Positions 39,230 to 48,568 of a DNA stretch of 64,000 nucleotides are shown one piece after another. The stretch is taken from the IMG/VR virus record IMGVR_UViG_3300032242_002374, one strand, 5' to 3'. The notes under the pieces were generated by a model. The model was not told the DNA's origin and did not search any database. It was given only the letters and a program-made list of their open reading frames with translations. The DNA is from an uncultured virus (IMG/VR IMGVR_UViG_3300032242_002374) (lineage: Duplodnaviria > Heunggongvirae > Uroviricota > Caudoviricetes). The translations under genes and the position numbers were made by a program. How positions within the stretch are numbered: position 1 is the stretch's first letter; every line of letters begins with the position of its first letter.

Positions 39230-39343
39230 ATGCAAGACTTTTTAACTATAACTAGCAGCAAATTTTTAGGAGGTGCTAATGTTCATAACGTAATCAAAAT
39301 AACACTTGTAGGGATGATTGCTTACAAGGTATTTAAGAAATAA
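39230..39343 (+). CDS. 37-aa membrane peptide (not in ORF track)
   Basis: MQDFLTITSSKFLGGANVHNVIKITLVGMIAYKVFKK. Confidence 0.75.
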   Translation: MQDFLTITSSKFLGGANVHNVIKITLVGMIAYKVFKK

Positions 39344-39369
39344 TTTATTCACTCAAAAAAACAAAAAAA

Positions 39370-39480
39370 ATGGATTTATTTAATATCAACAGCCCAAAGT
39401 TCTTAGGTGGCACTAACGTACATAATGTTATCATTATTGCTGGTTTAGCTGCTATTACTTGGAAGCTGTACAAGAAATAG
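39370..39480 (+). CDS. 36-aa membrane peptide, paralog of 39230..39343 (not in ORF track)
   Basis: MDLFNINSPKFLGGTNVHNVIIIAGLAAITWKLYKK; A-rich leader. Confidence 0.75.
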   Translation: MDLFNINSPKFLGGTNVHNVIIIAGLAAITWKLYKK

Positions 39481-39507
39481 TTTTCATAAGGTAGGTTTTC
39501 ATTTGTT

Positions 39508-39541
39508 ATTAGCTCCAATTTCTATTGGGGCTAATTTTTTT
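39508..39541 (+). terminator. rho-independent terminator
   Basis: ATTAGCTCCAAT/ATTGGGGCTAAT stem followed by T-run. Confidence 0.8.
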
Positions 39542-39589
39542 AAAAATAAATTAAAATTTTAATCTTTTTTTGTTGTATCAAAATACATT

Positions 39590-39599
39590 ATATATTTGT
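39590..39599 (+). promoter_or_regulatory. Bacteroidota-type -7 promoter box
   Basis: TATATTTG preceded by TTG about 20 nt upstream; similar boxes on the minus strand near 9745, 14972, 15233, 39188, 41667, 44447, 50755, 55537, 57788 and 63319. Confidence 0.6.
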
Positions 39600-39617
39600 G
39601 TAACAAAAGCAAATTAT

Positions 39618-40142
39618 ATGCAAAAATTGATTGAAATTTTAAAATCAGAAACAGAAACATTAAGAGTTCAGTATCTCGAAAAAACAAAAGAATGGGCTAC
39701 TAATTACTATAATGTTTGCAAACAAAGAAAGAACTGGAAAGAAGTACAATGGTGTAAGTTTTTTGGATTAACTCCAGAGATTAAAAACCAAAATACAAAT
39801 ATGCAATTATTAGGTTATCCAAAAGGGTTTTACAATACAGAAAAATCAAGAGAACTTCATAGATACCAAAATGAAATTCATAGAACATTAACACTTGGTT
39901 TAGAAAAGTACATTGAAAAAGAATTAAAATATGCAGAAATGCACTATGAAAGTAGCATTATTAAGTTAGCTGATAGAATAGACAAAAAAGGACTTAAACA
40001 AGATAAAATAACTGTTGTTACATCACACATAGGAGTAAACATAAATACAACCTTAACAGATGGCGAAAAGACAGTAAGAGAATTTACTATAATAGCAGAG
40101 GGAGAAATACAAAGACCTCATTACAGATATTTAATTAAATAA
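39618..40142 (+). CDS. hypothetical phage protein
   Basis: Start moved to ATG 39618 downstream of the promoter box; C-terminal AEGEIQRPHYRYL. Confidence 0.7.
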   Translation: MQKLIEILKSETETLRVQYLEKTKEWATNYYNVCKQRKNWKEVQWCKFFGLTPEIKNQNTNMQLLGYPKGFYNTEKSRELHRYQNEIHRTLTLGLEKYIEKELKYAEMHYESSIIKLADRIDKKGLKQDKITVVTSHIGVNINTTLTDGEKTVREFTIIAEGEIQRPHYRYLIK

Positions 40143-40186
40143 AATACCCAACTAAACAAGAAGCAGAAACTAAAAAGGCTGCTTTT

Positions 40187-40363
40187 TTATTCTATAATTA
40201 TTACCTCGCTTTTATGTATAGGGAATATTTCTTTTTTGCCCTTAACGATTAGCATATCCCCTCTTTCATTAGTCACATTTAAGACTTCGCCTTTCAAAGC
40301 ATATATGGTTCTATTTTTACCTGTGCTTGAAACATCATTTTTTATTTTTATTTTCTTTATCAT
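40187..40363 (-). CDS. 58-aa SH3-like hypothetical protein (not in ORF track)
   Basis: MIKKIKIKNDVSSTGKNRTIYALKGEVLNVTNERGDMLIVKGKKEIFPIHKSEVIIIE. Confidence 0.55.
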   Translation of the reverse strand: MIKKIKIKNDVSSTGKNRTIYALKGEVLNVTNERGDMLIVKGKKEIFPIHKSEVIIIE

Positions 40364-40425
40364 ATTTTTCCCATCCTTTTACAGTTCCAAAATTCACGTT
40401 ATTAAATTTATATTCAAATGTTACT

Positions 40426-41658
40426 TTACGCAACAAATGATGTTAAAATATATTTATTTACTAAACTATTTCTTGTTGAAACGTTTATTTTCTTTGGGGC
40501 TAACGCAGCCCTCATTACTGAATTAGAAATTTGCATTTCGTTTCCAGATACACTTAAACCCAATCTCGCTATGTTCAAACTACCATTGCAGTCTGCATTA
40601 ATTAGTTTACCTTCTGCTGTTACAAACAACCCACGTTTTTTACGTTTACCAACGTATTTATCGTGCTTTTGTATAGGCTCTAAATCTAATGCTGAACACT
40701 TGCTTGTATAGGCTTCTTGCGTTACTAAAACTTCTATTCCTACCAACAAGCCTTTGTACTGTATTTTTTCTATTAAAGAACTATGTGGTATGCTTACGAA
40801 GTTTCTATTTGTTTTTTTACCCAAGTTTACATCTTGCTTCCAATTTTTATTGTTGCCAATAATTACTTTTGTTACGTTTTCATTTTCTGCTTGTTTTATT
40901 ATTTTGTTTGAAATTTGATGAATATAGTTTTCAACCTTATTGTTTCTGCTACTGGTTAGTCTATTTATTCTTTTACTTAAATAACTGCCTTGTGGTAACA
41001 ATGATTGTAATTGTGATTTACGCTTATTATAAAAATGGTTGATTGATTTTAATGGTTTACCATTATAAATTGTACCAGTTTCTTTTGTTGTGCAAGTAGC
41101 TAAATTATTTAATCCTAAATCAATTCCCATCCAATTGCCGTTATACGCTTGTAATTGCTTTTCTTGCTTTTCATAAACAACTTCTACTGTAAAGTGGTTG
41201 CTGTTAGGAATAATCCTTACTTGACATACATTATCAACCTTAGTTTTTAATGGCTCTAAATTAGTCATCTTTGGAAAATAAACAAAGCCATCTTTTAACT
41301 TAATTTGTTGATTAGTAAAACTAACTATTGATGTTTCTTTTTTGTACTTTGGTAATTTAGGACGACCCAAAAACTTGCTTGGGTTCTTAGCATACTCTTT
41401 TCTTGCTTTCTGCCAACTTTTAATGTTTTTAAAAAGAAGTTTTATAACTTGTTGCGATGTTTGTGCTGGTAATGATTTATAATTTTCTTCGTTATATTCA
41501 GCAAATAATCCTGTTAATTCAAACTCTGTAAAATACTTAATATTCCCAAAAATAGATTGCCTCCAATAGTACAAACTTTGATTGTAAAGATTTTTAGCCT
41601 TTACGCAAAGTTCGTGATATTGCTCACCTTTTAAAATATGTCGTTCTACTAATTGCAT
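40426..41658 (-). CDS. tnpB: TnpB of a distinct clade (copy B), no adjacent transposase
   Basis: MQLVERHI N-terminus, GIDLGLNN, displaced RuvC-II Glu (QEAYTSK), INADCNG; degenerate zinc finger. Confidence 0.9.
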   Translation of the reverse strand: MQLVERHILKGEQYHELCVKAKNLYNQSLYYWRQSIFGNIKYFTEFELTGLFAEYNEENYKSLPAQTSQQVIKLLFKNIKSWQKARKEYAKNPSKFLGRPKLPKYKKETSIVSFTNQQIKLKDGFVYFPKMTNLEPLKTKVDNVCQVRIIPNSNHFTVEVVYEKQEKQLQAYNGNWMGIDLGLNNLATCTTKETGTIYNGKPLKSINHFYNKRKSQLQSLLPQGSYLSKRINRLTSSRNNKVENYIHQISNKIIKQAENENVTKVIIGNNKNWKQDVNLGKKTNRNFVSIPHSSLIEKIQYKGLLVGIEVLVTQEAYTSKCSALDLEPIQKHDKYVGKRKKRGLFVTAEGKLINADCNGSLNIARLGLSVSGNEMQISNSVMRAALAPKKINVSTRNSLVNKYILTSFVA

Positions 41659-41676
41659 TTATATTACAAAATTATA

Positions 41677-41913
41677 CTATTTGAAACTTTTGATAGCATT
41701 TTTAACTACCATATCTAATCCCAATAACTCGACCATCCAACCACCATACTACTGGCTTTCACAAGGGGTAATTGGCGCAGTCCATTTTCCTTGCAGTGAT
41801 TTACCAACCTTAAATGGATAGTAAGTAGGGTAAGCATACGCAGTCTTGCCATTTTCATCTATAACTTGCGCCAATTCATCTGGAGGTGCAATATCAACAG
41901 AAATCCAATCCAT
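41677..41913 (-). pseudogene. small MDWISV-type (DUF551-like) gene with in-frame TAG
   Basis: MDWISVD...CESQ*YGGWMVELL...; TAG at 41749-41751. Confidence 0.45.
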
Positions 41914-42125
41914 TACATTTTTTTTAGTAGTAAGTATTTAGTTCGTTCTTTTAGTATTATGCCTTTTTCATTCAACAAATTGACTACTCCTAAATGCAAC
42001 CCTAGTATTGGTGTTTTTAAAATTGGAATATCTTGGTGTAAATTTATTTCGCCTACGATTGAATATCCATCTTTAATATGGTCTTGTGCTTCTACTATAA
42101 AATAGTTTTCGTTTAATTGTATCAT
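41913..42125 (-). CDS. hypothetical protein
   Basis: Coupled ORF. Confidence 0.55.
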   Translation of the reverse strand: MIQLNENYFIVEAQDHIKDGYSIVGEINLHQDIPILKTPILGLHLGVVNLLNEKGIILKERTKYLLLKKM

Positions 42126-42461
42126 TAAAATAATTTTAACTGTTGTGCAATATCTTTAACGTCTTGCTCAAAGCCATCATCAACCATACTATCGTATTGT
42201 GTACTTGAAATCCTACCCGCCTTGCCTTTGGCGTTTTAGCCACTTTTTACCCCTTAGTTCTGGTATGTATTGCTGCACATAGCGAAACCCTCTATCAATG
42301 TCAAAGATTAGCTTTGCAGTAGTTAAAATATCTTTGCCGTAATCTTCTCTATAATAGTTTTGGACTATGTACTCTACTGTTGCCCACCTATCGTCTCTAT
42401 AATCCTTTTGCTCGGTAAACAAATTGATAATTTCTTCTAATAGTATTTTTCTAACGTACAT
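42125..42461 (-). pseudogene. hypothetical gene with apparent one-base frameshift
   Basis: Removing one G at ...CAAGGCGGGTAGG extends the frame through ISSTQY...QQLKLF to a TAATG junction with the next gene. Confidence 0.45.
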
Positions 42462-42463
42462 AG

Positions 42464-43693
42464 CTAAAATATTTTAAAGTATTCAATCCAATGCTTACAA
42501 ACATCTTTCCAATGAAGTTTATTAACCCAATTGTAAGCGTTTTCTATTTTATCTAAGTATTGCTTATCTGATTTTGTAGAAGCCGTTGCTACTTCTAACA
42601 TCTTTTCGGCTATTTCGTAAATATCGCTTTGTTGCCTTATAACATTATCATTAACATTACAGCAAGGGTATTGGCATTCAAGCATCCAAGCCCTTTTGCC
42701 ATAATCACTCATTTCGATTAATGATGTGTTATATGAAGCTATAATTGGTTTTTTACAAGCTGCTGCTTCTGAAAAGCATAGTTCCCAGCCACCACCTAAC
42801 ATAGTTGTAATGTAGCAGTCAGAGGCATTGTATATTTTATTAAGTGTTTCAATGTCGCACATTTGCTCCTCAAATTCTTTTGGGAGTAGTTTGTAATCAA
42901 TATCTTCAACTAAATCAGTTTGAAGCATTATACCTCTCAAGTCCCATCCCATAGGGTCTTTAGGGTGGCAATGCAAATATAAAAATGGTTCTGGCAAATT
43001 TTTATCCCAAATTTCTTTTGCTTCTATAAAACCAAAAATGGTATTAGGTATATCCTTTCTTGGTTGGTTTCTGTTTATATTTATAATGATAAACTTATCG
43101 GCATTAACTCCAAAGTATTGTTTGCGAAATTCACTTGCATCAATTGGATAGAAGTGTTTAGGATTGTTTCCGTGTGGTACTACTTTTAATTTTGGTCTTA
43201 GTTCTGGTCTAAATCGTAATACCTCATTTCTCCCAAATTCTGTATATGTTACAAGCAAATCAAAAAACTCTAAGTTCCTTGTTAGTTCTTTAATTATTTT
43301 GCAATCAACTGGGAAGTAAAATATAGACTTAAAACTCTTTCTATTTTCCTCTTTCTTTTCTTTTTTGATGTGCTGCATTACTTCTATAAATGGCACTATA
43401 ACTCCTAAGTCTTGGCAAATAAATATACCATCATACTCGTTGCTTTCTTTCAGCATTTTTAAGAAGAAAAATCTGCCATAGTCGTCTGAATTAACATCGG
43501 TTGTTTTTGCTGGGCATACAAACACATTTTCACTTTCATAATAAGGCTCACCAAAGTAGTTTATGGCTACAATATCCAATTGTACGGAGCTGCCAAAATG
43601 CTTTGTAATTTCACTAACTATATTCTTGCTTACTGTTCCAAATCCTGTTCGAGCAACATAGTCGAACAAGCATAGTATTTTTTTTTGTTTCAC
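42464..43693 (-). CDS. GT-B (family 4-like) glycosyltransferase
   Basis: TGFG N-terminus, VPHG, NRNQPRKD, IYNASD...EAAAC. Confidence 0.85.
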   Translation of the reverse strand: MKQKKILCLFDYVARTGFGTVSKNIVSEITKHFGSSVQLDIVAINYFGEPYYESENVFVCPAKTTDVNSDDYGRFFFLKMLKESNEYDGIFICQDLGVIVPFIEVMQHIKKEKKEENRKSFKSIFYFPVDCKIIKELTRNLEFFDLLVTYTEFGRNEVLRFRPELRPKLKVVPHGNNPKHFYPIDASEFRKQYFGVNADKFIIININRNQPRKDIPNTIFGFIEAKEIWDKNLPEPFLYLHCHPKDPMGWDLRGIMLQTDLVEDIDYKLLPKEFEEQMCDIETLNKIYNASDCYITTMLGGGWELCFSEAAACKKPIIASYNTSLIEMSDYGKRAWMLECQYPCCNVNDNVIRQQSDIYEIAEKMLEVATASTKSDKQYLDKIENAYNWVNKLHWKDVCKHWIEYFKIF

Positions 43694-43778
43694 CTTTAAT
43701 TATTTACTAATTTATAAAATACTTTTTTAATTATGTATTTTGAAATTTCCCAAGTTATTATCACAACAGCTACATTCA

Positions 43779-44192
43779 TTAGAGAACTATTTTTACGAGT
43801 AAAGCAATAAAAGCTATTTGAGATATTGTTGTTTTGGTTTTACTCCATTTAAGGCTTTTCCTTGTATCATTTAATTGCCTATTTACAATATCATATTTTA
43901 TTGAATCGTTAAATATTTGTTCAAAAGATAGTTTTAGCTGCTTATCTTTCAACAAAATAACGCTATCCCTATTTTTTACTATATTACCAGATATTTCAAG
44001 ACTTTTAACCAAAACTTTATTGGTAGTATCACATTCATCGAGCTTGTTTAAATCAATGGCAATCTTCTTAGCTACTGATTTTGGAATACATACCAAACTA
44101 TCATTTACCTTTGTTGTATCTTTCTGTGAGAATACTTTCAAGTTGATGAACAGAAGAACTGTTAATAATGCTATCTTTTTTATGCTTCTCAT
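43779..44192 (-). CDS. secreted/membrane coiled-coil protein, possible spanin-like subunit
   Basis: Signal peptide, coiled coil, overlaps upstream TM coiled-coil gene. Confidence 0.45.
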   Translation of the reverse strand: MRSIKKIALLTVLLFINLKVFSQKDTTKVNDSLVCIPKSVAKKIAIDLNKLDECDTTNKVLVKSLEISGNIVKNRDSVILLKDKQLKLSFEQIFNDSIKYDIVNRQLNDTRKSLKWSKTKTTISQIAFIALLVKIVL

Positions 44193-44442
44193 TTTTAATT
44201 CTTTTTAATTCAGCTATATTGTTGTTTAAATCTTGCTTTAATAAATCATTGTACCCATTTAAGTCTTCAATGTCTTTATAAAACATATTAATGCTATCTT
44301 GCTTTATTTTGTTAAGATGAGTAAGAGAATCTATTTTATGCGTGTCTTCTATTGTTTTTATAACTTCTTTAACTCCTTTTTTCTGTAATACAAGTAATAA
44401 AACAAGAATAGCTATTATTAATATTAAAATTGTGTTTTTCAT
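44101..44442 (-). CDS. N-terminal TM coiled-coil protein, possible i-spanin-like
   Basis: TM followed by a long coiled coil. Confidence 0.45.
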   Translation of the reverse strand: MKNTILILIIAILVLLLVLQKKGVKEVIKTIEDTHKIDSLTHLNKIKQDSINMFYKDIEDLNGYNDLLKQDLNNNIAELKRIKNEKHKKDSIINSSSVHQLESILTERYNKGK

Positions 44443-44462
44443 TGCACAAATGTAATTATTTT

Positions 44463-44600
44463 GGCAATAATATATTAGTTTACACTAAAATATTTTTCCT
44501 GCTTCATAGTCCCAACTAACGTCAGCAACTCCACAGGCTCAACTCGGATGCCCTCCGATGTTTTTGTTATTAAATTTTGTTTGTCTAACCCAAAACGTTT
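44463..44600 (-). ncRNA. putative omegaRNA scaffold of TnpB copy C (5' boundary uncertain)
   Basis: GAGCCTGTGGAG...GAAGCAGGAA...TATTTTAGTGTAAACTAA conserved with copy A. Confidence 0.55.
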
Positions 44601-45668
44601 TATGTTTTGTGCTGCCAAAATATCCCTATTGTGAGTAACACCACAAGACTTGCAAGTCCATTCTCTATCAGATAGTTTTAATTCAGCATTTTTAAAACCA
44701 CAAGTACAAAGTTTACTACTTGGCTCAAAACGACCTATTTCTACATAATTACAACCATTCCATTCACTTTTGTACTTTAAATAATTAAAAAATGTAGCCC
44801 AGCTTACAGAACTTATGCTTTTTGCTAAATTGTGGTTTTTAAGCATACCTTCTACATTCAAATTCTCAACAATAATCGTTTGGTTTTCACGGACTATTTT
44901 TGTAGAAAGTTTATGTAAAAAATCATTCCTTAAATTTGATATTCTGTAATGAAGTTTTGCTACTTTTTTATTTGATTTTTTTCTGTTTGCAGAACCTTTT
45001 TGTTTTCTTGATGAACGCCTTTGCATTACAGAAAGTCTTTTTTGTAAACCTTCGTAATACTTAGGGTTTTGTATTTTATCCCCAGTAGATAAAGTTGCAA
45101 AATCTTTTATGCCAACATCTATACCTATTGCGGTGCTTTCGTTAATACTTTTTTTAATAGGGATTAAATCAGCCGTTTCAACTAAAATAGATGCAAAATG
45201 GTAACCAACTGCATTTCTACTTACGGTTACAGTTTTTATTTTACCTTCAAAAATCCTGCTTAAAAATAAATTACAATATCCAATTTTAGGAAATCTAATT
45301 TTACTATTTTCAAAATCTATTTTAACCCCTTGCGTAAATTGACAAGACTGCTTACTATTATGTTTTGATTTAAACTTTGGGAATCCCTTTTTGTCTCTAA
45401 AAAACTTCGTGTATGCTTTATCTAAATTTTGAACCGAACAACAAAGGGTTTGGTGGTCAACTTCTGATAGCCATTCTTTTTCTTTTTTATGAATAACTAC
45501 CAATTTACACAAATCAAATTGAGATAATGATTTCTTTTCTGTTTGATACGATTTTGTTTTCAAATCTAAGCAATAATTATAAATATACCTTGAACAACCA
45601 AAAGACTTATTCATAAAGTCTTTTTGCTTATTATTCAAATTTAATTTATACTTATATGCTTTTAACAT
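44475..45668 (-). CDS. tnpB: RNA-guided endonuclease TnpB
   Basis: Start at ATG 45668 (MLKAYKY); GIDVG / VENL / NRDILAA RuvC motifs; zinc finger. Confidence 0.95.
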   Translation of the reverse strand: MLKAYKYKLNLNNKQKDFMNKSFGCSRYIYNYCLDLKTKSYQTEKKSLSQFDLCKLVVIHKKEKEWLSEVDHQTLCCSVQNLDKAYTKFFRDKKGFPKFKSKHNSKQSCQFTQGVKIDFENSKIRFPKIGYCNLFLSRIFEGKIKTVTVSRNAVGYHFASILVETADLIPIKKSINESTAIGIDVGIKDFATLSTGDKIQNPKYYEGLQKRLSVMQRRSSRKQKGSANRKKSNKKVAKLHYRISNLRNDFLHKLSTKIVRENQTIIVENLNVEGMLKNHNLAKSISSVSWATFFNYLKYKSEWNGCNYVEIGRFEPSSKLCTCGFKNAELKLSDREWTCKSCGVTHNRDILAAQNIKRFGLDKQNLITKTSEGIRVEPVELLTLVGTMKQEKYFSVN

Positions 45669-45738
45669 TATGCGAATATATACAATAAAACAAATTAATG
45701 GCAAAATCCTTTAAGTGTAAAATTATATATTATTGCCA

Positions 45739-45900
45739 TTATTTTTTGATTAAATGGTTGCATACACTTTTTCTTACTATACTATACTTGCCACAATGAG
45801 TGCATTTAATCTGCTTTTCTAATTCTTTATCAGAAAAGTTAATTGTTATCTTTATTCCGCAGCCACTACAAAGAAACCATTTAGATATAACTTCTTTCAT
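45739..45900 (-). CDS. 53-aa zinc-ribbon protein (not in ORF track)
   Basis: MKEVISKWFLCSGCG...KCTHCGK; stop codon lies inside the 8-bp TSD. Confidence 0.65.
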   Translation of the reverse strand: MKEVISKWFLCSGCGIKITINFSDKELEKQIKCTHCGKYSIVRKSVCNHLIKK

Positions 45901-46529
45901 TAATCTATATTTAATTCTTGCTTAGGAGGAACACTTTTAACAATATACGTTATTTCGTTATAACCTGCATAATGATATTTGGCATTTGATTTTAACATAT
46001 TATCTATCAATTCCCAATCGTGACCATAATTAGCACTATGAGGTGGCATCATTTTTAAAAAATCTGTTTTAACAATGATTTCGCTGTGACCTATATGACC
46101 ATTTTGTAAATTGGAAATTCTTGGTGCGTTATAAGGCTCTACATAACTATTGTAATAAACAAAATCATATTCGGTATTTTCTATACCAGATAAGTAATTT
46201 TCAAAGTGATTATTTTTTATAACATCGTCATTAGATAGAAATATAAAATATTTCCCATTTGCACGTTGAATGTTTTGATTTATTATAGCATATCCACAAC
46301 CACCTTTATTTTCAAAGTTGTTTGATATTTTTAGATTGTTCCCTTTAGCATTTGCATCTTTAACGTAATCACTAAAAGTATTGCTAAAAATAAAATCTTT
46401 CATTACAGAACAGCCATCTCCAACAACCAATGCTTCCCAGCCATTTATGTTTTGATTGCAAATACATTCGATAGCTCTTATAGTTCTTTGTGGTCTGCCA
46501 TAACAAGGCATTGATACAGTTAGTCTCAT
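45900..46529 (-). CDS. glycosyltransferase family 2
   Basis: TVSMPCYGR, VVGDG, FLSNDD, GHDW. Confidence 0.85.
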   Translation of the reverse strand: MRLTVSMPCYGRPQRTIRAIECICNQNINGWEALVVGDGCSVMKDFIFSNTFSDYVKDANAKGNNLKISNNFENKGGCGYAIINQNIQRANGKYFIFLSNDDVIKNNHFENYLSGIENTEYDFVYYNSYVEPYNAPRISNLQNGHIGHSEIIVKTDFLKMMPPHSANYGHDWELIDNMLKSNAKYHYAGYNEITYIVKSVPPKQELNID

Positions 46530-46532
46530 TAG

Positions 46533-47219
46533 TTAGTATTTAATCCAATCAGTTTTGGTTGAGGGCTTGTGTCCGTGCATTATTGAATACGATACTTTAG
46601 GGATATGGTTTTGAATATCATCATACTCAACACCTAAACTAGCTGCTAAAGCATTATTTTCAACAAAGTACATATTTAAGTTATCATTTTGAAATATGCA
46701 AGTATATCCAAATTTTTCTGCCATTTTAACCCCAGCATCAAATGAAAAACCATAAAAGTCATCATCACCCCAAAGATGCTCTGGATTATATTTTATAGAT
46801 ACACTATTACCTTCTCCCCAAATAGGATTAAATTCTGAAATAATAACTCTTGGCTTATACTTTGATAATACTTCTTCAATAATATAAATATCATTCCCAT
46901 CAAGGTCTATACAAAACAAATCAAATGTTAAAGGCAACTTATATTTTTTCAACAATTTCAATATATTTTCTTTGTATATAAAATGTTGCTTAACTTCTTC
47001 ATTACCGTGATTGTCTCCATCTATCAATAAAGCATTATAGCCTTGTTCTATAAAATACCTTGTGTTAGACAAATGAAACCCATCCCAAGCTCCTAACTCT
47101 AATATCATTTTATCTTGACCCACATTATTTAGTATGTGTTCTAAATAACATTCTTCGTTACATTGGCTATATTTTTTCCATACTGGTATTTTGTATAGCT
47201 CATTAATCCAATTGCTCAT
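46533..47219 (-). CDS. FkbM-like SAM methyltransferase
   Basis: YSQ..E, ELGAWDG..SNT, IDLDGND. Confidence 0.8.
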   Translation of the reverse strand: MSNWINELYKIPVWKKYSQCNEECYLEHILNNVGQDKMILELGAWDGFHLSNTRYFIEQGYNALLIDGDNHGNEEVKQHFIYKENILKLLKKYKLPLTFDLFCIDLDGNDIYIIEEVLSKYKPRVIISEFNPIWGEGNSVSIKYNPEHLWGDDDFYGFSFDAGVKMAEKFGYTCIFQNDNLNMYFVENNALAASLGVEYDDIQNHIPKVSYSIMHGHKPSTKTDWIKY

Positions 47220-47222
47220 TAT

Positions 47223-47846
47223 TTATTTTTTTGGTGTTATGTAAATTACGCCTCTTTTTATTTCAGTAGATGTTGCATCTGAATTGTAGTAATAATCATA
47301 GCAATCAACACCATAAATATCTTCAATATAAGGCTTAATATTTTCGTATGATATATCTACTCCATTGTAACTATCAAATCCTAAATTCGGCTCATTTGGC
47401 ACTTTACAATCGTGAATCACAATTATAGGTTTAAGTCCACTTTCTTTGATTATTTTAAGCTCGTCAAACAAAGGTAGTTCTTGCCAATGAGAATCAATAT
47501 ACGTCAATATATTACCTTCACACATTTGCAGCATTACTGGTAAAAAGTTGATACTACTTCCCAAGAAAGATGTTACATTTTTATTGTAGTCATTTATTCT
47601 TTTTAATGCTATATCCCTAAATTCTGCATTAATCTCTACTGTAAAAACGTTTTCAAAATTTTGTGCCATCCACTTTGTACTTCCCCCCACGCAAGTTCCT
47701 AATTCGATAACGTTTTTTATATTGAGTTTGTCTCGCAACCAAATAAACTCATTGGCAATGTTGAAATCTCCATTAAATTCCGAAGCCTGTTTAGGCATTA
47801 ATACTTTTTCATTAAGTAATAATTCATCGTACATATTTGTATTCAT
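47223..47846 (-). CDS. class I SAM-dependent methyltransferase
   Basis: IELGTCVGGST, TVEI, IDSH, VIHD. Confidence 0.8.
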   Translation of the reverse strand: MNTNMYDELLLNEKVLMPKQASEFNGDFNIANEFIWLRDKLNIKNVIELGTCVGGSTKWMAQNFENVFTVEINAEFRDIALKRINDYNKNVTSFLGSSINFLPVMLQMCEGNILTYIDSHWQELPLFDELKIIKESGLKPIIVIHDCKVPNEPNLGFDSYNGVDISYENIKPYIEDIYGVDCYDYYYNSDATSTEIKRGVIYITPKK

Positions 47847-47855
47847 TATTTTATA

Positions 47856-48452
47856 TTAATCAATTTTTGTTGCAAATTTAAAGATAAAACCACCGTGAGT
47901 ATTTCTCTTACCATAGCAAACACTAGATATTTTACTAGAAGATAATTTTAAATAATCTGCTGCAATTGATATTGCTGCGAATCTGTTTTTTATTTCACCA
48001 CTTTTACTGATTTGCACAACTGGCTTCCATAAAGATGGTACAATATAACCTTTTCTTACTTTGCGTACATCAATAAACCTATTTTTTAATAAACCAATCT
48101 TTTTAGCGTGTGCCATATTTTCTTTTGGAGAAGCCCATTCTAAATTTTCTACCCTATTATCGTCTTTTATTCCATTGATGTGATTAACTTCTTTTTTATT
48201 AAACTCATTTAGTATGAAAGTTATAGCAACTAATCTATGAACAAATATGTGTTTATATTTTTTATTTACTTGTAATTTTACCCTAAGATAACCTTGTTTA
48301 TTTTTTATAAGTGATAAATTTTTAGCAACCCCTACGGCTCTGTAATTTAATCCTTTAACATTACCAAGATTAGAAACTAAATAATAATCTCGATAGCCAT
48401 CAAAAGCAATAGGCTGCCAATATTCTACATCATTATCGTAAATATTCGCCAT
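47856..48452 (-). CDS. NUMOD4-HNH-NUMOD1 homing endonuclease
   Basis: YLVSNLGNVK, VHRLVA, VNHINGIKDDNRVENLEW, C-terminal NUMOD1. Confidence 0.9.
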   Translation of the reverse strand: MANIYDNDVEYWQPIAFDGYRDYYLVSNLGNVKGLNYRAVGVAKNLSLIKNKQGYLRVKLQVNKKYKHIFVHRLVAITFILNEFNKKEVNHINGIKDDNRVENLEWASPKENMAHAKKIGLLKNRFIDVRKVRKGYIVPSLWKPVVQISKSGEIKNRFAAISIAADYLKLSSSKISSVCYGKRNTHGGFIFKFATKID

Positions 48453-48568
48453 TAACCTATTAATTTATTTTGCAAAATTTTTTTGTGCTGGATATAAGTA
48501 AACATAAATCAAACTTTCGTCAATATCGCTTTCTTTTTTTACTACATATTCAACTTGTCTTACAGTTC

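Larger units (their letters stand above)
44463..45737 (-). mobile_element. non-autonomous TIR-bounded TnpB element (copy C)
   Basis: 24-bp TIRs 44463-44486 (GGCAATAATATATTAGTTTACACT) and 45714-45737 (minus GGCAATAATATATAATTTTACACT), 22/24 identical; 8-bp duplication ATTATTTT at 44455-44462 and 45738-45745. Confidence 0.9.

Noticed and set aside
41749..41751. Stop-codon reassignment (TAG readthrough)
   Set aside because: Only one clear in-frame TAG; long genes are intact in the standard code, TAG ends several genes, and the tRNA-Gln has a TTG anticodon
12089..45704. Cas12f CRISPR system from the three RuvC proteins
   Set aside because: No array or cas genes; features are those of TnpB
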